DNA of 40,105 nucleotides from Hydrurus foetidus (taxonomy: Eukaryota), in contig UYFQ01000161.1 of NCBI GenBank assembly GCA_900617105.1, positions 1 to 40,105 on the forward strand, written 5' to 3'. The notes under the pieces are model-generated. The model did not search any database and was not told where the DNA came from. It saw only the letters and a list, made by a program, of their open reading frames with translations. Both the position numbers and the translations under genes were made by a program. Below are positions 1 through 10,637 of this stretch, piece by piece (positions within the stretch are counted from its first letter, which is position 1; each line of letters begins with the position of its first letter).

Positions 1-191
1 CTCAGGGTCTGCTACCCCATTCAGCCGATTAGATGCTGTTTCCACCTTAGTACCTTCGTGTTCACAGCCACGACTATCAGTCACTTTTTTGCTGCTTTGC
101 AGAAGTTACTAGCGTACCTTCTGTTGCACCCTAACTAACAAGCTTCTTTTAGCCTTTAGACTTCCCTTCTCTTTTTCCTTCCAAGGTCACA
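1..191 (+). repeat. Gypsy-1 5' LTR (first ~9 bp lie outside the window)
   Basis: Matches 8378-8569 with several small indels. The end is placed at ...GGTCACA (191); 183 is an alternative end. Confidence 0.85.
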
Positions 192-381
192 GTAGATCTA
201 CTTCCTTTAGTTTCTCTTCTTTAGACCCTATCCTCCTACTCTAAGCTACCATCCTCTACGCTACCCTGCTGCCCTAACTCTCCCGATTACCTGCGTGGAG
301 AATTCGAATTTTATTCGAAATTCTCGTTTGCGAGCAATTCTTACTATCGCGAGCAAGTCTCCGAAGTCTGGTTGCCGTAAA

Positions 382-722
382 CTTAGTCACTCGGAATCTC
401 CCGATACTTGACTATTTTGTGGTTGCTTGAGTTTCATCTCAGCAATCCCATACCATTGTGCAGAGTTAACTCCGTTAACTTCTGCCCATTCTCGTTTCAA
501 GCTTGCTTGATTGACGTCCGTGGATAGCTTTGTCTTCCACGCCGTTCTTAGTCACTCGGGTTGAGATTTATCTCCCGATACTTGACTGTCTTGTGGTTGC
601 TTGAGTTTCATCTCAGCAATCCCAAATTTTTGTGCAGAGTTAACTCCGTTAACTTCTGCCCATCTCTCGCTTCAAGCTTTGCTTGATGACGTCCGTGGAT
701 AGCTTTGTCTTCCACGCCGTTC
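382..722 (+). repeat. Tandem duplication (~165 and ~176 bp units) in the Gypsy-1 5' leader
   Basis: Units 382-546 and 547-722 both start CTTAGTCACTCGG and end TCTTCCACGCCGTT. Confidence 0.9.
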
Positions 723-920
723 TCGTGGTTGGTCGAGCAAGTCTCCCAATCCCGGCTCATTTTGTACGGATTGATTCATTCATCCGTCCAGAACCACTTG
801 ACTTATTTGCTTCGCCTAATCGCCTGTTTGATTTTCATCCAAACGGCACGAGGCGAAGCCCTTGCAATTTTTTTTGGCGACTCTCGCCATTTAAATTGTC
901 AAGACATAAGTCATCTAACG

Positions 921-3900
921 ATGCCGTTATCCGATGACTCTTCGGAGATATCGCCGTCGCTCGCCGAATTAATTACTCAACAGAACCGGCAGCGACGACA
1001 GTTGCGACAATCCAGTCGACACCAACAGCGCCGACAGCAGTAGCTGCGTCTGATGGAACTGATCGACCGGTATTCCCAGTAACAATACTGGGACCTACCA
1101 ACAGTTCCAATCAGGCGCCGCCTAATCGTCACGACGACGACGTTCGCAAAGCGCGACAACATGACAATGTCACGTTGCGTTCGTCAGACGCAAATCAACC
1201 GTCAACAGCACGCCATAACGGCAACCCTGACCGGGATGATGACGACGGCGATACAACCCTCGCCGCCGTATAGATTCACCCCCCAACGATTCTCCGTCGT
1301 CAGGGCCTCGACAGTTACGACAACTCAACTCGTCGGAATACCCTTTCGAAGGAGATGAACAGGCGACTACCCGCCCACTCCAATCAACAGAGTGGTAGCG
1401 AAGACGGTGGTGACGGTAATCGTTACGATAACCGTCAACGCAACGATTTATAACCCAACGTCAATACAACGACGATAATCGAAACAACAACGATTATCGA
1501 CGTTCTAATGATGACAATCAAGGTCACAACGACAATCGTCGTACTACGATGACTCCAACCCTCCCAGGGACAACCGTAATACGGGCCCTTCATACGGTAC
1601 GGAGCACCGTAACGACGTTCGTTACGATAACGACGGACGTCAATATAACGATGATCGCCGCAATGACAATCAACGTCAGAGCGATAATCGTCGTTATAAC
1701 GATTACCGTCAGAATGACGACAGTCAGACTACGACAACGATGGTCGTCGCGGCTACGACACCCAATTCAACGACGACAACAGACGTCAATACGACGATCG
1801 ACGCAACAGCGACAATCGTCGCAACGACGACAACCCACGTCAGAATGACGGGCGTCGCGATAACGACCATCGCCAACAAGACGACAACCCTAACAGGGAT
1901 AATCGCAGAGACACTTTCCAACGTCACAACGATAACCCCCAAAGGGATAATCGTAATTACGAGGATTCTCGTCGTAATGACAACCCAAACAGGGGAAATT
2001 ATTCGACTAACACTCGCAATTTCGATAATTTTCGCGACGACAACAACGACAGTTTCCGTCAGGGAGACAACAACCCCAATAGGAGAAGTCGTCGAGAACC
2101 CCACAGGGTTACGATGACAGTCCCCAAAGGGATTATCCTCAAGGAGACAATCGTCGCCAACAGGATACCTCCAACCGGGGCAACCGTAATACTGACGGTC
2201 GTCAGTACAACGACAACCAGTACGAGGACGAACGTGCGACTCCACGGGCAACCGTACGCGTTACCGACAACTCTCGACTACTCGAGAGTCGCGATACGCG
2301 CATCCCCGAAAATGTGGAGACAATAACCCGCACAGCGGACGTTCCTCGCAAACGCGCGTCACCTCCACAAGAGGGTCCCACGTCACGCAAGCGACAAGCT
2401 TCCCCACCAGGGTCACCGGAACGGCCTACATACGTACGTACGTTCACCGGTGACACGGATTACAACCCACAACCCCAACGAGTCATCCAGGAGATCCCAC
2501 GGGAAATTCGGGTTCCTAACCCACTCCCCTTGGATCCTCCAGACATCGTGGTACTGCCTGCAACGGATCGCATAATCGATTACGAGCAGCAAACAGCAGC
2601 ATTCCGTGCACAAGCTGCAGGGGGCGGTCCCGACCCCAATGCAGCGCACCCGGTACGACCACCGATACCACGGTACATACACGATCGTACGTCACCGATC
2701 AACGTACCCGCGGTACAGTTTGCCACACCCAATGCGGCACCTACAGCGCTTGTAGTGGGTGGCCGTGCTGTGGACGATGGTTCCCGACCCATCTCCGCTA
2801 TTGCCTTGCAAACGGTACTTTACGTTCTCAACGTAAATGCGTCAGGCATTATTGGACAAGAGGCCGCACGGGAGTTTTTCGAACACTCCCAGAGGTGGAC
2901 CAACAACTATGATGTTGGTCAAGTCATCTCGACTAAAGCAGTCAGGTGTATCGATGATCAGATCCATACGGATCAAGATTATCCATATGCGGAAGAGACA
3001 CGTAAAGTGTGGCTCCAAACACTGACTGTCCCTCAAGTAGCACAATTAGTCCTGCGCTACTTTCGCGCGGACACACAGCTAGGGCAGTCACTAGCTGAGC
3101 ATTTCTCAGAAGTCCATCTCGCCTTTTGTTACAACAAAAGGGAGATTGAGATGCGCTGCATGACTCAGTTTCGTGAGGTGGTGGAGAACCATGTACAAGT
3201 ACATGGCCCACTCAGCACCTCCGACCATGCTGCACTCACTCTCATCTTCGAGAAAAAGATGCCTCTTAACGGTGCCATCACCGCAAAATACAAAGAGCAT
3301 AAACGCGTCAACCCGCATGACGTGGACGATTGGGAATTCGCGATGCGTCGCTTCTTCTCCCAAGTCAATGCGGTACGACAACTTCAGCTACACGTAGCGG
3401 CTTTTGGGGACCCCAACGACATTTATTGTCACCCCGCTACCCAAAATCCATACGGGTTGTCTCTCACGACGAACCCCAAAACCCTGTTGGTTGGTGCGGC
3501 ACTCCCAGCTTTACCACCGCTGGCACTGCCAACAACACCACTCCGACAGTGTAACTCGTGTGGACACAGCGACCATCTGCTGAAAAACTGCCCACACATG
3601 TGGATGGTGGATTCAAACACCAACCACAATGTTCCGTGGGACCACTCCAACATGGGTCGCACGTGGGCACAATACGGTCATGCGACCTACCCTATCAATG
3701 ATCGCATCCCTGGTCTGGGCCGCTTCAAAATCCACATACCCCGTCGTGAAACAAATTTCACTGATGAGGTACTGAATAAAACTCAGCCCCCAGGGGGTGG
3801 TCAGAAGAAAAAATACCAAGGGAACCCCAATCATGGGGGAACTATAATCGAGGTCCACCAACAAACCGCGATACGGTTCTGGTGGACAAAACACCACGTT

Positions 3901-3960
3901 GGCCAACAACACCTCCATCAACGCAACCCACAGTGGTCTACCGCCCGCAGCCGCATATGA
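921..3960 (+). pseudogene. gag: Gypsy-1 gag with a long low-complexity R/D/N/Y-rich N-terminal region; frameshifted
   Basis: ATG at 921 (MPLSDDSSEI). Broken frames read RYDNDGRQYNDDRRND.... ORF 2314-3960 has the CCHC knuckle CNSCGHSDHLLKNC and resembles ORF 16544-17911. Confidence 0.75.
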
Positions 3961-4158
3961 TGGTACGTTACCTCATGTCACGGTGGTGGAGTCATTGGTA
4001 GTGGCGATACATGCTGCTAACACATGTAACCCTACCGATACACCACCACCTTTATGTATACTCAACTCTGATATACTCGTAACTGATACATTGGAGGTCT
4101 CAACCCCTTCCAATATATATCGGATAACACTAACAATGTTCTTCCCACATGTCTTCAC

Positions 4159-5022
4159 GTGTTACAGCCACTCCATACCTCCCTGCCTCTAATCTCGGAG
4201 GTGCTGGCGGCATGCCATAACCAGACCGACATGTCGGAAATACCGCTCATAGGTACGTTACCGTCTGACTCACTTGTAGCAGCGGTACACTCAACAAATC
4301 CTAATGAACTTCTTTCATTATTGGTGTTCAAGGATGAACGAAGAACCTTGCAGGGACACGCCCCCACCACAGCCGCGTCAGCACCCCAGTCCACGGGACT
4401 TAGTCTTACAGCGCACGCGCTCCTAGACACGGGTAGCATGGCCGGCGATTTTGTTTCCAAATCACTGCTTGTCTCACTTGATGCACTTGCTCATTGTTAT
4501 GTGTCTTCAACCGCACTTAACGTTTGTAGCGGTCTCGATGGCACTTGTTATAGGTGTAATACCTTAGTCGATTTAGGCCTTACTTTTCTCGATGATAGTA
4601 ATATTAAGCACACTATCTATATCACTTTTAGTGTTAATCCTTTTGCACAATTGGATCTGATCATCGGACGCAAGTCCCTGAATCAACACAACTTGTTTGT
4701 GCTGACGCCGAAACGTATGGGCTTTGACCCTACGTTAATCGAAACGTCACCCAGCCCAGATGACATCGGTCTACTTCCCTTAAGGGCAGAGTCCGACATC
4801 GGTACAGATTCACATACCGACGTCTGTTGTCATCATAGTGACGCTGTCGGATCGCGTAGTCCTTGTACACAGTGTCGCCTAATTACCGACACTGCTGACA
4901 ATGGAGACGAAGGTCACTCGAGCACCCACCGTATTCCAACAGTGGGAGAAGAGTGGGGTCCATCTGCGCTATGGACGGGCAGTGGTCTTAACCGCCCCCT
5001 TCTGAGACCGGGACGAGAGTGA
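4159..5022 (+). CDS. Gypsy-1 aspartic protease region
   Basis: ALLDTGS active-site motif and downstream DLIIGR motif. Confidence 0.85.
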   Translation: MLQPLHTSLPLISEVLAACHNQTDMSEIPLIGTLPSDSLVAAVHSTNPNELLSLLVFKDERRTLQGHAPTTAASAPQSTGLSLTAHALLDTGSMAGDFVSKSLLVSLDALAHCYVSSTALNVCSGLDGTCYRCNTLVDLGLTFLDDSNIKHTIYITFSVNPFAQLDLIIGRKSLNQHNLFVLTPKRMGFDPTLIETSPSPDDIGLLPLRAESDIGTDSHTDVCCHHSDAVGSRSPCTQCRLITDTADNGDEGHSSTHRIPTVGEEWGPSALWTGSGLNRPLLRPGRE

Positions 5023-7574
5023 ACACAGTAACACTTAACGCCGCGAGCGTGTTGCCGTGCGGAATCAATCTCAATGGAGATGAGATTGATGATGACAAAA
5101 CGGATGCGTTCGGTCCGTTTCTTTCTGCATTGATGAAAGACCCTACCCCAACAGGTAGGGCGAACGACGTCATCTCGACAATCACCTTTGGTGGGTCGGA
5201 AGCTCTGCAAACAGCATGCAGAGCATTATGTACCGAATTTATTGACATCTTTCAAGATGAGGTGGCCCGTGAACCGGCCCGTATACCTCCTTTTGATATT
5301 GATCATAAGGCGGCACAATGGGAAGTACCTGGTAACAGGACCCCGCTCCGCCCCCAATCCTCACAGAAGGAGGAGGCGATTCACAATAACCTTCAGGATC
5401 TGATACGGATCGGGGTGGTTGAAAAGAAGTCTAATGCGGTATACTACAGTCACCCTGTAGTAGTACAGAAGTCACCCGGACAATACCGTGTATGTATTGA
5501 CTTCCGGCCACTTAATAACTGTACGGAGTCGGCCAGTTGGCCACTCCCCAACATTCCAGCAATGTTTGAACGCATTGGCGCTCGTCAACCTGACATCTTT
5601 GGAGTTATGGACTTAACGTCCGGCTACCATCAAGCACCCCTTACGGCATCAGCCAAAATCCTGACTGCATTCATATGCTTCTCTGGAATTTATCAATTCA
5701 CTCGATTGCCTTTCGGCCTCAAACGTGCCCCATCATACTTCCAGGAGATGATGGCCACGGTTGTCCTTGCGGGCCTTTTATATGTAACATGTGAGATGTA
5801 TCTCGATGATTGCATTGTATTTGGTAATGGGCCTGACGAGTTTCTGCAGAGACTTCGTGATGTCTTCATCCGTTTTCGAGAAAAGAATTTATTCTTGAAA
5901 GCTAAGAAGTGTAAGTTCGGAGTTACACGCCTCGAATACGTCGGACGTGTGATCTCCAAAGAGGGGTTATCTATGTCGGCTGAGAAAATAAAATCTGTTT
6001 TAGATTTTCCTCGCCCTAAAACCGTCACTGCCCTTAGGGGATTTCTCGGTTTGGCGAACTATTTTAGAGGTTTCGTACCAAACCACTCCAACATAGTAGC
6101 ACCGTTACATAAAATGACGGTGTCTACAACTCATAAACATTCCAGGGTAACCTGGAATGCTGAAACCATTAAAGCGTTTCAAGACATTAGGCAGGCCATT
6201 TCTCAATGCCCCCTGATGCACTTCATTGATAATGTATCACCAATACATTTATACACCGACGCATCTGATTATGGTGTAGGCGGTGTATTGTTCCAAAAGG
6301 TTGGAGATGAGATGAAACCCATTTCATTTGTGAGTAAGTCACTCACCTTCTCACAGTTGAACTGGTCAACAATCCAGAAAGAAGCTTATGCTATCTACTT
6401 GTGTTGTACAAAACTTGATCCACTATTACGTGATCGCAAATTTACGATTCACACAGATCATAAAAATCTGACATACATGAAATCCTCCCCTAACTCGATG
6501 GTAGGGAGATGGTCCATGGCTCTACAAGAGCTTGATTACACTATCGCATACGTGCGAGGGTCTGAGAACACGGTCGCGGACGCTATGTCTCGCCTCTGTG
6601 CTAATCTCTCCGACCTTGTCATCAAGGTTCACCCAGCCACCACTGGCACAGAACCGGATAACTTGCCGGGCCCGTTTTGCGGCGCCCTCAAGGTCATACC
6701 AGAAATGACTGATACGCAGCGCGACGCACTCAACATGTGCCACAACAAGTTTGTCGGACACGGAGGCGTTAAACGCACCGTAGAAAAGCTGATAAGCTTA
6801 CCCATTGAGTGGGAACACATGGTTCAGCACACCCACTTGTTTATACAACAATGTGCGTGCTGCCAGAAGATGAACGCTACACGCGTACCGATACGTGTAC
6901 ACAAGTACGTTACTTCTGCGTACAAACCTTTCCATGTATTGAACATCGATTTCATCGGACCCTTCCCCGATGCCTCACACGTTCTTGTCATCATCTGTGC
7001 TTTCACACGATGGACAGAACTATTTTGGTGTGCTGATAATACGGCCAAATCGGCTACCGATTGCCTTCTCCAACACTTTGGAAGATACGGTGCACCCCAA
7101 ATGATCAGATCTGATCGGGGTTCACATTTTGCTAACGAATTGATCAAACAATTCCTAGTGTCAACGGGTACACCCCACAACCTGACACTAGCATACTCTA
7201 AACAAGAGAATGCTATAGTTGAACGAGTTAATAAAGAAATTAACCGGTACTTACGTTCGTTCCTGTATGATACAAACGACGTGTACCAGTATAAAAACTG
7301 CTTACCGTTTATACAGCGCATTTTGAATTCTTCAATTCACAGCAGTACCAATGCCTCCCCAGCAAGTTTATTGTTTGGTAACCAAATCAATCTTGATTCG
7401 GGCATACTTTCACCATTCCCACAATTACCGGAAGTGGAAACTTCCGCATCAAAAGTGGTCTGTGAGATGTATAACATCCAGGATACCCTGATTGCCCAAG
7501 CACAAACTGCTTTGCGCACAATGGACGCGGCTCATGTTGCCACAAGTCCACAGGATATAACGGTTTTCCCGTAG
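5019..7574 (+). CDS. pol: Gypsy-1 pol: reverse transcriptase, RNase H, integrase
   Basis: RT motifs CIDFRPLN, DLTSGYHQ, LPFG and YLDD; RNase H motifs TDASDYG, TDH and ADAMSR; integrase HHCC, IDFIGP, SDRG and ENAIVER. Confidence 0.97.
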   Translation: MNTVTLNAASVLPCGINLNGDEIDDDKTDAFGPFLSALMKDPTPTGRANDVISTITFGGSEALQTACRALCTEFIDIFQDEVAREPARIPPFDIDHKAAQWEVPGNRTPLRPQSSQKEEAIHNNLQDLIRIGVVEKKSNAVYYSHPVVVQKSPGQYRVCIDFRPLNNCTESASWPLPNIPAMFERIGARQPDIFGVMDLTSGYHQAPLTASAKILTAFICFSGIYQFTRLPFGLKRAPSYFQEMMATVVLAGLLYVTCEMYLDDCIVFGNGPDEFLQRLRDVFIRFREKNLFLKAKKCKFGVTRLEYVGRVISKEGLSMSAEKIKSVLDFPRPKTVTALRGFLGLANYFRGFVPNHSNIVAPLHKMTVSTTHKHSRVTWNAETIKAFQDIRQAISQCPLMHFIDNVSPIHLYTDASDYGVGGVLFQKVGDEMKPISFVSKSLTFSQLNWSTIQKEAYAIYLCCTKLDPLLRDRKFTIHTDHKNLTYMKSSPNSMVGRWSMALQELDYTIAYVRGSENTVADAMSRLCANLSDLVIKVHPATTGTEPDNLPGPFCGALKVIPEMTDTQRDALNMCHNKFVGHGGVKRTVEKLISLPIEWEHMVQHTHLFIQQCACCQKMNATRVPIRVHKYVTSAYKPFHVLNIDFIGPFPDASHVLVIICAFTRWTELFWCADNTAKSATDCLLQHFGRYGAPQMIRSDRGSHFANELIKQFLVSTGTPHNLTLAYSKQENAIVERVNKEINRYLRSFLYDTNDVYQYKNCLPFIQRILNSSIHSSTNASPASLLFGNQINLDSGILSPFPQLPEVETSASKVVCEMYNIQDTLIAQAQTALRTMDAAHVATSPQDITVFP

Positions 7575-7990
7575 GTTCATATGTGTTGGCTAGATACACC
7601 ACACAACCGCCCACACGTTTACACACGTTGTGGCGGGGACCGTTTCAAGTGGTATCGATCCACAACTCTGATTATACGTTGTTAGATATAACTACGAAGA
7701 AACATAAACATCTTCATATTAGTAATCTTAAACAATTTGTTTTCAATCCGAAACATACGGATCCTGCTGATGTAGCACGCCGCGATTATATGGAATTCTT
7801 TATTGATTCCATTCTTCAGCATCAAGGCAATTCCAGACGCAAAACCCAAATGCGGTTTTTAGTCAAATGGACTGACTTTGATGACTCACACAATACGTGG
7901 GAGTCGTGGAAGAATCTTCGTCTTACAGACGCTCTTCACACATATTTACGCCTTCACGGCATGTCGAAAATAATTCCGACAGAAAAGTAA
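7575..7990 (+). CDS. Integrase C-terminus (GPF motif) plus chromodomain; joined to pol across a 1-bp frameshift at ~7570
   Basis: WRGPF; FFIDSILQH...FLVKWTDFDDSHNTWESWKNL. Adding one C to TTCCCGTAG restores FPVGSYVLARY. Confidence 0.9.
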
Positions 7991-8313
7991 GTTCCCAAGG
8001 AACGACCTACACATTATCTTTTGAAGATTCCTCCTCATTTTTACAACGTTAAGTTGCTTTTCAGGAGGTTTAGTCAGTAAAAATCTGACATAAATGTGTA
8101 GGGGAACACTTAGATACAACACATCTAGGCACTCTCGTTTCTCACTTCCCCAATCTCTCACATGTACAAATATCTGTATACTTCGTACGTATTTATTACT
8201 GCATTTTTGTATTTTATTTTTATTTTTTTTATTATTATCTTTTTCTGCATTTTGCTTTCTCAAGCTTGAGTCGTATTTGTTTTGTAACACATTGTAGCTA
8301 GAGACACACCAAT

Positions 8314-8368
8314 AGAGAGAGAGGGAGAGGGAGAGAGAGATGAGAAAACGAGAGATAAGTAGGGGTAG
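8314..8368 (+). promoter_or_regulatory. Gypsy-1 polypurine tract region
   Basis: GA-rich run ending AGGGGTAG directly before the TGTGG start of the 3' LTR. Confidence 0.85.
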
Positions 8369-8569
8369 TGTGGCTCCCTCAGGGTCTGCTACCCCATTCA
8401 GCCGATTAGATGCTGTTTCCACCTTAGTACCTTCGTGTTCACAGCCACGACTATCAGTCACTAGCTAGTTTGTGCTGCTTTGCAGAAGTTACTAGCGTAC
8501 CTTCTGTTGCAACCCTAACTAACAAGCTTCTTTTAGCCTTTAGACCTCCCTTCTCTTTTGCCTTCCACA
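8369..8569 (+). repeat. Gypsy-1 3' LTR
   Basis: TGTGG...CCACA termini; repeat of window positions 1-191. Confidence 0.9.
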
Positions 8570-10020
8570 CTGCTCTGTACCTCGACGACCAGATCAGTCC
8601 AGACCACATGGCCATATTTGAAAGTGTCCTCATCTACGATTGTGCCTCCTGGGTCGCAGCACAGCTTGCCCGATATGCCAATGCACCCGGCAACTCCTGG
8701 CACAACCTTCCCACCCTTCGCATACTCATGCTCACGGAAGTTGATGCACACGTTGACGGTCTTATTACACGAACTGGATCAAACGAGTCATTCATCCAGG
8801 CCATTCGAGTCGTAATCCAGCATGTCCCACCCGACGCATTTCATGTTACACCCAACAGCTTATTCGTCGGACCCGATCCTGTTGAGCCCACCGAGTCACA
8901 CTACCGCACAGTATCTCTCGCCAGGGACCTCGCAGCATCGACAGCCCCACAGAACATACGCAAAAGATACACTTTGCGGAACTCTGAGAGCGATTCAGAG
9001 TCCTCTGTCGAAGACTCCATCTGTTTCCTCCCGTACAACATGTCTTGTCCAACCCATAACATCAGTGGCCCTCGATGCGCCCTCTCTTATGTTAACTACC
9101 TACATAGAGCCGTCACACGTCTCATGGTCCCTTTATCCGACGCATCCCCATGGGTACCACCGGACGCATCTATGGAACTTCAGAGGTACAACGCCAGGAA
9201 GCGCGGCATCGCATTCCAGAACGACCAGGCTCAAGGGGGCACTAAGCGTCCAGACACCTCCTCGTCCTCGTCAGCATCCTCTTCCGCCTCACCGTCAACA
9301 TCGATTCCCACTACGCTTCCGGAGTTCAATACTCCGCTACCACCTGTTCCATCGACACCCTCTGACCCTCTTACCGGGTCACTCAAACGTTGGCAAGCCG
9401 CGCAACCACTTGCATCCGACTCGCCTTTCACTATGCCTCGTGCCCAGCGCCACCGAATGACTCCACCAGTCGGATCTCAACGCTCGACAAATGTCCGACA
9501 TGCCTTCAACAGTACTCGCCCTCCGCTTGCATCAGCTCGCCCTCCTGCACCATCCGGCGGTACTTCCGACTCCAAGCTCAACACATTCGTCGTCAAGTCT
9601 CAACATGAGAGACTCAACTCGTTCCACGTTCCCGACAAGGTCATCTTCGACTCTGGTGCTTCACGCTCTGGCACCGGCCGCTCCCAACGTCTTACCAGCA
9701 TTGAACCTGTCAGCACATCCGTCACAGTCACCCCTGCATTCGGCCCGTCCATGACACCAACACACCAAGGCAGCCTCGGACCGTTGGAGCTTAGCACCCT
9801 CCTTCTCCCTGCACTAGGCGACAGCACCCTTGTCTCTGTCTCCCAGTTCTGCGCTGGCGGTGTCACCAACGACCACTTCATCGGCATCTTCACTCATAAA
9901 GACTTCCGCTTCTATGAGACTGCATCAGCCCTTCCCTACATTGCACTGGTAGCTCAGCATGGAAAGGAGGTCACCCGTGGAACCGTCCAAGACGGCCTCT
10001 ACGTGGAGACTCCCTACTGA
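8570..10020 (+). CDS. Copia-A gag-like region plus protease
   Basis: VIFDSGAS protease motif, LVSVSQ and GLY motifs. The ORF start at 8470 lies inside the Gypsy LTR and is spurious. Confidence 0.7.
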
Positions 10021-10637
10021 CCAACCACTCGGGAGAGTCTTTTGGTCACACACTATACTCCCGCTTCACTGTACGACCACGTGCATCAAGCCACAGGCCA
10101 CCCCGGTCTTCCAGGCATGGCATGGCACCGCGATCATTCCCTCAATGCTCGCTTCACCACCAAAGATGCACACACCTCCCGTCCGGTCTGTCCTGGATGC
10201 GCCCATGGCGCCATGCGTCAAGCATCCACAGACTATCGTCGCATCCACAGAGACACAACTACCCTCGTCGGCCAGCAGTTCTCCTTGGATGCCTATACCC
10301 ACTCGACTCCATCATTCCGTAACTACCGTTACACTCACATCCTCACCGACCTCGCGTCGGGACAATACTATCCTGTATATACAAAAGACCGGTCCGCCTC
10401 TGAACTCTGTGCCCGCATTGCAGCCTTCTTCGACCTAACCCCCAATGGAACCACAATACCCCTGGGGTTGATCGCTTCATCCGGCATGACCCAGAGGCCA
10501 ACTACCGATCTGAAGAATTTACTGCGCTTTGCGCCCGATACCGATACCGACTTGAGCACACTGCACCTCGTGACAAACATGCCAACGGCATCGCTGAGCG
10601 AGCAGTCGGCATTGTAGCTCTCAAGACCAACGTTGCC
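10021..10637 (+). pseudogene. Copia-A integrase, frameshifted at ~10437
   Basis: HQATGH...CPGC zinc finger and SLDAY; after the shift, RHDPEANY...ANGIAERAVG runs in frame into 10638. Confidence 0.85.

Larger units (their letters stand above)
1..8569 (+). mobile_element. Ty3/Gypsy LTR retrotransposon with chromodomain (Gypsy-1), near full length
   Basis: Direct LTRs at 1-191 and 8369-8569; domain order gag-PR-RT-RH-IN-chromodomain; polypurine tract before the 3' LTR. Confidence 0.95.

Noticed and set aside
183..195. Tf1-type pairing of the Gypsy-1 post-LTR sequence (AAGGTCACAGTA) with LTR TACTAGCGTACCTT
   Set aside because: Only a partial, gapped match, so it is not supportable unless the sequence here is erroneous.
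1161..2326. Thr/Val/Ile-rich ORFs resembling mucins or membrane proteins
   Set aside because: They are off-frame and antisense translations of the low-complexity gag extension.
7946..8461. 171-aa antisense ORF over the Gypsy-1 3' UTR and LTR
   Set aside because: It is made of the PPT and low-complexity AT-rich sequence and has no coding hallmarks.
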